Assembly: GCA_048941015.1 (NCBI GenBank)
Contig: JBHLNZ010000087.1
Coordinates: 1-11,640 of the forward strand
Reading direction: 5' to 3'
Length of the DNA: 11,640 bases
Source: Promethearchaeota archaeon
GTDB lineage: Archaea > Asgardarchaeota > Lokiarchaeia > Sigyniarchaeales > SOKP01
Position 1 is the stretch's first letter. Each line of letters opens with the position of its first letter. Both the position numbers and the translations under genes were made by a program. This document shows, in pieces, positions 5,824 through 11,640 of the stretch. Below the pieces are notes generated by a model. It made no database searches and was not told the DNA's origin. It saw nothing but the letters and a program-made list of their open reading frames with translations.

Positions 5824-8526
5824 ATGTCAGAGATAAAAAAGAAAAAATCAATTGGATCTCCAATTGGAAAGAAGAAAGTACTTAAGCGACCCAGTAAATT
5901 AAAAACAATAAGCGCTATTTCTCTTTTAGCTCTTGGGGTCGTCTTAATGCCAAGTGGCTTTCTTTTAAGTGATATTATTCAGGGCGAAATAGATAAAGGG
6001 GTAGCGGATTATGTCAAAGTTCCGCATCCTCATTCCTCTGAATACGATGAATGGGTATCAAACGATTATGACGACGCACCTGAGTACTATAGAACATATT
6101 ATTTATGGGACTTAACTAATCCTGATGAATTTTTAGCAGGAAATAAGCCGATATATCAGGAAGTTGGTCCTTTTGTTTTCCGAGAGATAATAACCAAATA
6201 TGATATTGATTGGAGTGACGACAAAGAAGAAGTAGCTTATAAGGAATACTCCACATATTATCAAGTGTCTAACCCAAAAATCTCAGAAGTGAATATTACT
6301 AACATAAATCCAGCATATTTAGGAGCCTTAACACTTTCAGGCGGGGAAGACAGTGATTTTATTAGACTCATGATCCCGATAGTCTTGTCGGAAATTAAGG
6401 ATATATTCTCAGAAGAGATGGATGCTGTAATGGCTGATGTCTTAACTGAAGAAGGAGTTACAAATTTAATGAACGAAGCTTTACCAGATGTCGTCAGTAA
6501 AATGATAGATGATTTCATCGTCCAGCTCCCTGAAGTTGTTGATGATCTACTCGATTCTTTACTCGGTCCTTTACTTAGTGATCTTTTTGGTATTCTTTTT
6601 GGTTGGGTCATCGATTTGTTTATGGATTTTGCTACAGAGATGATTAATAATCTAAAAGATGATTTAGGACCAGGATTGGCTAAATTATTAGGTGATTTAA
6701 TACCTCCAGATATGACATTAGCTTTAATGGAGGACGTCATGGCGGATATCTCAGCAGAGGACATTATGTATTATGAATGGGCTAATGATTATTTCCCTGA
6801 AATTGAAGTTGACTTAACAGATACGATGTTATATCTTAGAAATAACTTAAAAACGGATGATCTTCGGAAATTAATATATGATGTAGCCGAGATATTTGCT
6901 GAGGATTATTCATCAATAGAAACTCTACTTCTATACGCAGGAGATATGATGTCATTAATAAACTGGCTTATAGACCCTTTAATCCCTCTTATTTTTGATT
7001 TACTTGGGGATCTTGGAGCACAAGCACTCATGGAAACGATGATGACCAGAATGATCCGAGATATAAGTGCTGGTTTGGTAGACTCTGAAGGGAGTAAAGA
7101 CGGTGTAGGAGTTGACATAGACGGACGAGAACCATATAATTATCCTGGTAAGCAAGCTGATTTAAACATCAGTATGCATTCTAAAGGTGGATCAGGACTG
7201 AACCTGGAGCAATGTCATGCTCTATGGGATAAAAGTAACCCTAATTCACTTACCGGAATGAAATATGTAGATAATAAGATATGGTATGAAGCATTAGATG
7301 GTAATCAGGAGAGTAAAAATTCCTTAATGACCGAATTTGAAATAGAACCAGAACAATTAGAATTAATCTTGGACTGGATTGATGTAAGTTGTAACGATTG
7401 GGTAATAAATGTGGTTGAATGGTCTTTGGATGATTGGAATAGTGGTTTTGTCGTTACACGTACAGCTGAAGAATGGCTTTTCACAGCTAATGATACAGCT
7501 GTATATGAATATTGTGAATATTATGAAGAAGACACTGACAAAGCATTAATCGGCTTTTTTGATAATTGTCATAATGAGATTGAAGCTGAAGAAGCAGAAG
7601 TTCCAAAATATACAATTAAAACAGGGAGGGATGATATAAGTGAAGTTGGCCAAGTTGTAGAATACAATGGTCAAGAAGAAATCAATATCTGGGCAGAACC
7701 TATTGAAGTTGAGGGTACCCTTGGTACACAATTCGCACCCGGTGTCTCCGAAGAAGACGATCTTAAAGCATTTAATATCGATTTGATGAGAGTTGTTGAA
7801 TTGGAATACGATGAACCCGCAGAAATATATGGTATAGAATTACTTAATTATGAACTGGCGGAGGATACTTTTTCACCAGATCCATTATATTTTCAGGATA
7901 CTGAGGGACTTGCTAATTTAGAAGTCATTGAAAAGTATCAAGATGTGCCTGTTAGAGTTAGTAAACCTCATCTACTCGGTACACCTGCTTATATACAAGA
8001 AGGTGTAATTGGAATGTTACCTCAAGGTAATATTCATGATACTCACATAAACGTGGAACCGATAACAGGTCTCGTTATGGACGCAGCTATGAGAGCTCAA
8101 GTTAACTTTGAAGTAAATCCCACTGAAATATATTTACCAAATATCTCAAATACGATAATGCCTATTCTTTGGATGGAAGTTAGTGGGGAAATAACCGAAG
8201 AATTGGCAGAGCGATTTAAAGAACTCGTCTATGGCGCGATGGAATTAAAAGAAACAGTTCCCTTAGTGGGACTGGCAGCAGGCGCGGCTCTCTGTGTTCC
8301 TGGTGCTGCCTTAACAACATCCCAAACCACTAAAAGACGAAAGATTAAGAAAGCGAGATTGGCTAAAGGCGACAAATTAGCACAACAAAAAGGTATAATT
8401 ACAAAACGTAAAGTTTTAGGCGATTCAAAAGCTCCAAACCTTAAGAACGACGGTATTTCTAAGCCAGCGAGCTCTAGTGCTCCTATGCTTAAAAATGGCG
8501 GAGTTCCTGATTCCAAGAGCGATTAA
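5824..8526 (+). CDS. CD36/SR-BI/LIMP-2 family two-TM membrane protein, paralogue 2 (900 aa)
   Basis: Same topology and motifs as paralogue 1: YYLWDLTNPDEFLAGNKPIYQEVGPFVFRE, TRTAEEWLF, YTIKTGRDD, VEGTLGTQFAP, VPVRVSKPHLLG, HDTHINVEPITGLVMDAAMRAQVN, IMPILW. The termini are near-identical to paralogue 1. Confidence 0.9.
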   Translation: MSEIKKKKSIGSPIGKKKVLKRPSKLKTISAISLLALGVVLMPSGFLLSDIIQGEIDKGVADYVKVPHPHSSEYDEWVSNDYDDAPEYYRTYYLWDLTNPDEFLAGNKPIYQEVGPFVFREIITKYDIDWSDDKEEVAYKEYSTYYQVSNPKISEVNITNINPAYLGALTLSGGEDSDFIRLMIPIVLSEIKDIFSEEMDAVMADVLTEEGVTNLMNEALPDVVSKMIDDFIVQLPEVVDDLLDSLLGPLLSDLFGILFGWVIDLFMDFATEMINNLKDDLGPGLAKLLGDLIPPDMTLALMEDVMADISAEDIMYYEWANDYFPEIEVDLTDTMLYLRNNLKTDDLRKLIYDVAEIFAEDYSSIETLLLYAGDMMSLINWLIDPLIPLIFDLLGDLGAQALMETMMTRMIRDISAGLVDSEGSKDGVGVDIDGREPYNYPGKQADLNISMHSKGGSGLNLEQCHALWDKSNPNSLTGMKYVDNKIWYEALDGNQESKNSLMTEFEIEPEQLELILDWIDVSCNDWVINVVEWSLDDWNSGFVVTRTAEEWLFTANDTAVYEYCEYYEEDTDKALIGFFDNCHNEIEAEEAEVPKYTIKTGRDDISEVGQVVEYNGQEEINIWAEPIEVEGTLGTQFAPGVSEEDDLKAFNIDLMRVVELEYDEPAEIYGIELLNYELAEDTFSPDPLYFQDTEGLANLEVIEKYQDVPVRVSKPHLLGTPAYIQEGVIGMLPQGNIHDTHINVEPITGLVMDAAMRAQVNFEVNPTEIYLPNISNTIMPILWMEVSGEITEELAERFKELVYGAMELKETVPLVGLAAGAALCVPGAALTTSQTTKRRKIKKARLAKGDKLAQQKGIITKRKVLGDSKAPNLKNDGISKPASSSAPMLKNGGVPDSKSD
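8431..8523 (+). repeat. Degenerate 48-bp (16-aa) tandem duplication in the C-tail of paralogue 2
   Basis: APNLKNDGISKPASSS / APMLKNGGVPDSKSD, with GCTCC starting at 8431 and 8479. Paralogue 1 has a single unit (APNLKTSEVSESKSE). Confidence 0.7.
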
Positions 8527-8536
8527 GTCACCTTTT

Positions 8537-8562
8537 GGGAATTATTATTCCCTTTTTTTTTT
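8537..8562 (+). terminator. Hairpin + T10 terminator of paralogue 2
   Basis: GGGAAT-TATT-ATTCCC (8537-8552) followed by 10 T, 10 nt after the stop. The stem is conserved with copy 1 while the loop differs. Confidence 0.8.
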
Positions 8563-8917
8563 CACATTCAAACTAAACGTAAGTAAAAAGAAATATTTAT
8601 AATAGGAAAAATTGTAATTAGGTCTCTTTTAAAAAACTTCTCAATTTTAATATATTAATAATAATCTTTTTTTAAATTCCTATTAATCTTATATTTGGAA
8701 GATCATTCACAAAATAAAATGAAAATATTGTGGTTTTATAAAACTATCATAATTTTGTTGCTATGAGTATTTAGAACAAATTCTGGTTTGTTTTATGTAA
8801 GAAATTTTAAAAAAATACTTGATGGATGGAATATAAATTAAGTAATAATTTAGTAATTGAGAGAGAAATAAAAATGATGAAATTTAAAATAAATCAAAAC
8901 AAACAGAGAAAGCAATT

Positions 8918-9433
8918 TTGAATATTATTAAAGGGGATTTTAGGTTGAGCAGAAATAATGATGAAATTATTAGAAAATATCTCCCATCAGATGTAGCTAC
9001 TAAAAGTGGATTCAAGTCTTTTGATGAAAATAAGATATATAGGAGTCTTTTAAAAGAAACTACCTTAAATTATGAAGCTGCTGAACAAATTACTAAAACT
9101 GTTTTAAGGAGGATTATATCTTCCGAAATCGGGTTTCTATCAGGACCGCATATTAGAGAAATCGTATGCTCTGTTTTATCAGAGATGGGATATGAAGAAG
9201 AAAGAAAACAGTATACCAGAATAGGAAGACCAATGGCAGATTTAAAGAAAATTTGTGAAGAATATTTAAAAAAAATAATTGAATTATCCAAAATGAATTT
9301 ACCCAAACAAGCCTTTCTTCGGAGGAGGAGGAAGATTCGAAAAGAATTCTTATATTGTATTTCTAGCTGGGATTTAAGAGAATTTACTGATGTGGTAAAG
9401 ATAAGTAAGAATTTTTCATTTAAATTAGATTAA
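8918..9433 (+). CDS. Stand-alone ATP-cone domain protein resembling the N-terminus of archaeal NrdD; true start may be the TTG at 8945
   Basis: FDENKIYRSLLKET...AEQITKTVLRRIISSEIGFLSGPHIREIVCSVLSEMGYEEERKQYTRIGRP matches the ATP-cone pattern FD..KI..sl..E ... IRE.V...L plus the following YTR.G.P. SD-like AGGGGA at 8932-8937 precedes the in-frame TTG at 8945. Confidence 0.75.
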   Translation: MNIIKGDFRLSRNNDEIIRKYLPSDVATKSGFKSFDENKIYRSLLKETTLNYEAAEQITKTVLRRIISSEIGFLSGPHIREIVCSVLSEMGYEEERKQYTRIGRPMADLKKICEEYLKKIIELSKMNLPKQAFLRRRRKIRKEFLYCISSWDLREFTDVVKISKNFSFKLD

Positions 9434-9725
9434 TTTAAATTTATTTTAAATATATCTTTGACTTCTATCGAAAAAAATGGTCAATATTGTTAGAAATTAT
9501 TTTTAAAAATTTGTCATAATTCAAAAATTTAATATTTAAAATTTGATTCTTGACTCTTTTGAATAATTCAAATCTTATATAAATTAAAAATAAATAAGGT
9601 AACTATTTTATATATTTTAAAGCAAGATAGATATTTAATAAGACTACTTTTAGGATTGAAATAGAAAGGTTTAATTAAAAACTAAATAAAGATTAAAGAG
9701 TTATAGGAATATTTATGGAAAAGTT

Positions 9726-11141
9726 ATGACAGAGCATGAAAAAAGCCCTATCATTAAATCAATTGTCTTAAGTATTTTTGACGAGGAGGGTCCCACACCT
9801 AAAGTATATTGGCCAAATATAATGGAAGAAAGTAGTTTACTTCAAATAGCAATGAAGACAATTAGTCTATTGATGGGAGATGAAACATATCAAGATGGTG
9901 AGGATCTAAATATTAATTATTTTGGCATCCTGCCTTTCCCTGATCTAAAAATGAGCGGACTCACATACTTTTTTCTTATAGCAGATGAAAAAGCTCGAGG
10001 TCAAGCGAAAGCAGCTACTATAACGGTGTTAATAAATGATGATAACAAAAGTTTTTTTCATGAGAATATGAAATATTTGAGGGTATTAATCGATAAGGCA
10101 GCCACTCAAATACAAAACACAAAATTAATCAATGAATATAAACAAATCATTGATAAAGTAAGAGAACACTTAATCGACTTTTGTAATGATTTGAAAGATC
10201 CTTTTTCTTCTAAAAGAAAGATAAAAATAGTATATACTGGCTTAGATAGAGCTGGTAAAACAAGTTTTCTCCTCGCAGTTAAAAAAAAGTATTCTGAAAT
10301 TATAAAGGCACTACCCACAAAAGGAGTAGAAAGATCTGAGGAAAAAATTTTTGAGGAACAAAACAGCCAGATGACAATATGGGATCTTGGGGGTCAAAAA
10401 CGATATAGGGAGAAATATCTTGAACAAAGTAAATATTATCTTTATAATATTGATTTGCTATTTTATGTTATTGATATTCAAGATTCCAAAGAGAGAATAG
10501 ACCAATCATTGGAGCTTTTTATTAGAATAATTAAATCTTTAATAGAATTGGATGAATTCCCTCCAATTGTCGTTTGTTTTAATAAATATGATCCAGACTT
10601 AAAATATTCGGAAGAGATAAATAAAAATATATCTTATGCTACCAACGAGATAAAGAAGAATTCAGATAAATTCTTCGTTAAAATTTTTCGTACTAGCATT
10701 TTCGATTATTGGAGCCTCATTTCAGCTTATTCCTATGGACTTTCTCAGTTAAGCCCCAATCGAGAATTCTTTAAAAAACAATTAAAATTCTTCGCAGAAA
10801 AGACAAATGCAGATGCTTTATTGCTTTTAAATGAGAATGGTATTATATTATCCAATTATTCCAAAAACGAGATTTCAAGAAAAGTATTCGAAATATCTGC
10901 CCCTCATTTTCAAACATTATATAAAACATTTAAAGAATTTAAATTGCTTAAAGAAGATTTCATAGTATCTTCAGGAATTACTACCGAAACTAAGAATGTT
11001 ATATTTAAAAAAATTAAAGTTGATAAATATAATTTATATTTACTTTTTTTTATTGAAGAATATTTTAATATTAAAACAATTGATAAATATTTACCGGACT
11101 TTTCTAAAACTCTTGTTGATTTAATAGAAACTTATATTTAA
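9726..11141 (+). CDS. Multidomain small GTPase: N-terminal longin/uDENN-like domain, Arf/Rag-like G domain, C-terminal roadblock-like domain
   Basis: G1 GLDRAGKTS (aa 172-180, nt 10239-10265), G2 PTKG, G3 WDLGGQ, G4 NKYD, G5-like TSI. The N-terminal SIVLSIFDEEGPTPKVYWP resembles the first strands of uDENN/longin domains. The C-terminal ADALLLLNENGIILS is roadblock-like. The G domain is firm; the flanking domain calls are moderate. Confidence 0.85.
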   Translation: MTEHEKSPIIKSIVLSIFDEEGPTPKVYWPNIMEESSLLQIAMKTISLLMGDETYQDGEDLNINYFGILPFPDLKMSGLTYFFLIADEKARGQAKAATITVLINDDNKSFFHENMKYLRVLIDKAATQIQNTKLINEYKQIIDKVREHLIDFCNDLKDPFSSKRKIKIVYTGLDRAGKTSFLLAVKKKYSEIIKALPTKGVERSEEKIFEEQNSQMTIWDLGGQKRYREKYLEQSKYYLYNIDLLFYVIDIQDSKERIDQSLELFIRIIKSLIELDEFPPIVVCFNKYDPDLKYSEEINKNISYATNEIKKNSDKFFVKIFRTSIFDYWSLISAYSYGLSQLSPNREFFKKQLKFFAEKTNADALLLLNENGIILSNYSKNEISRKVFEISAPHFQTLYKTFKEFKLLKEDFIVSSGITTETKNVIFKKIKVDKYNLYLLFFIEEYFNIKTIDKYLPDFSKTLVDLIETYI

Positions 11142-11239
11142 ATGAAAAAAAAGAAATTTTTCTTTGAATATAAATAAAAATTAGAATTTTTATTAATTTA
11201 ATATAGTAGATTTGAAAAGATTATAAAACCGTTCTAATT

Positions 11240-11640
11240 TTGATATATAGAATTATTCTTATCGATGGGACTAATGGGGTATCTTTATTGGAAGTATCTT
11301 TTAAAAAAATCCAAAAGAAAACAGAAAATAATCTTCTTTCAGGTTTTTTTAACGATATTAATCATGTTATTAAAAATATTCAAGATTTAATTTCTAAAGA
11401 AAAAAATCTAAATGATTTGACTAGAATTTTTGAATATGAAGATTCCACATTAGTAATCTCTTATCATCCTCAATCAAAAATACTATTTTGTTCAATTTCA
11501 GATGCTGATGATGACACTGATCAAATTAAAATGGCATTACATAAAATAGGTATTAGATTTTGGAAAAAACACCATTCAGATTTGAAATTATTTAGAGAAA
11601 CGACCGAAAAAAATAGATTTCACACTTTTATTGTGGATGT
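11240..11640 (+). CDS. Longin-like domain protein, 3' end truncated by the window edge (not in the ORF track)
   Basis: TTG at 11240 opens a frame with no stop to the window end: MIYRIILIDGTNGVSLLEVSF...NLLSGFFNDI...FEYEDSTLVISYHPQSKILFCSISDADDDTDQIKMALHKIGIRFWKKH. This fits the longin beta-beta-alpha-beta-beta-beta-alpha pattern. An in-frame TGA at 11213 limits upstream extension. Confidence 0.7.
   Translation, partial: MIYRIILIDGTNGVSLLEVSFKKIQKKTENNLLSGFFNDINHVIKNIQDLISKEKNLNDLTRIFEYEDSTLVISYHPQSKILFCSISDADDDTDQIKMALHKIGIRFWKKHHSDLKLFRETTEKNRFHTFIVD

Larger units (their letters stand above)
2675..8710 (+). repeat. Tandem duplication of a ~3-kb unit (promoter, leader, CD36-like CDS, terminator and downstream flank): about 2675-5500 and 5643-8710
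   Basis: Collinear homology runs from the upstream box through the CDS and terminator into ~170 nt of 3' flank (CACATTCA, AAAAAGAA, CAATTTTAATAT and TAAATTCC occur in both copies). Boundaries are approximate. Confidence 0.8.

Noticed and set aside
3774-7731. Minus-strand ORFs at 3774-4061, 4147-4341, 4372-4560, 6261-6764, 6906-7118 and 7546-7731
   Set aside because: They are shadow ORFs inside the well-supported CD36-like genes and have no independent coding evidence.
5064-8516. Apparently conserved antisense ORF pair 5064-5315 and 8229-8516
   Set aside because: Their similarity is fully explained by the conserved sense-strand TM2 and tail of the duplicated genes.
8918-9433. Calling this gene nrdR or nrdD
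   Set aside because: It lacks the NrdR N-terminal Cys zinc ribbon and the NrdD catalytic and glycyl-radical domains.
9434-9725. TTGAC...GTCAA inverted repeat and loose TTGACT direct repeat in the intergenic region
   Set aside because: These are short matches in extremely AT-rich DNA with no independent support.
9070-10318. Minus-strand ORFs 9070-9306 and 10106-10318
   Set aside because: They are antisense shadows of the ATP-cone and GTPase genes.
1-11640. CRISPR array, tRNA/rRNA, IS element, or eukaryotic origin of the contig
   Set aside because: No regularly spaced repeats, RNA-gene signatures or transposase were seen. The intron-less compact genes, TTG starts, SD-like sites and BRE/TATA promoters indicate an archaeal genome.

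Overview
AT-rich, gene-dense window that most likely comes from an Asgard archaeon (Lokiarchaeia-like). This is inferred from archaeal BRE/TATA promoters together with several eukaryotic-signature-type proteins. In order it contains: a 5'-truncated radical SAM enzyme; a PD-(D/E)xK (Mrr/NERD-like) nuclease; a wHTH + V4R-like regulator; two tandem, intron-less paralogues of the CD36/SR-BI/LIMP-2 class B scavenger receptor family, transcribed divergently from the regulator; a stand-alone ATP-cone protein; a longin/uDENN-like + small GTPase + roadblock-like fusion; and a 3'-truncated longin-like gene missed by the ORF track. The most striking element is the CD36-like pair. Each copy has a large, divergent apical insertion and its own conserved promoter, potentially structured ~125-nt 5' leader and hairpin/T10 terminator. 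Together with the divergent regulator, this may form a prokaryotic lipid-scavenging receptor module. All family assignments come from motifs recognised by eye, not from database searches.
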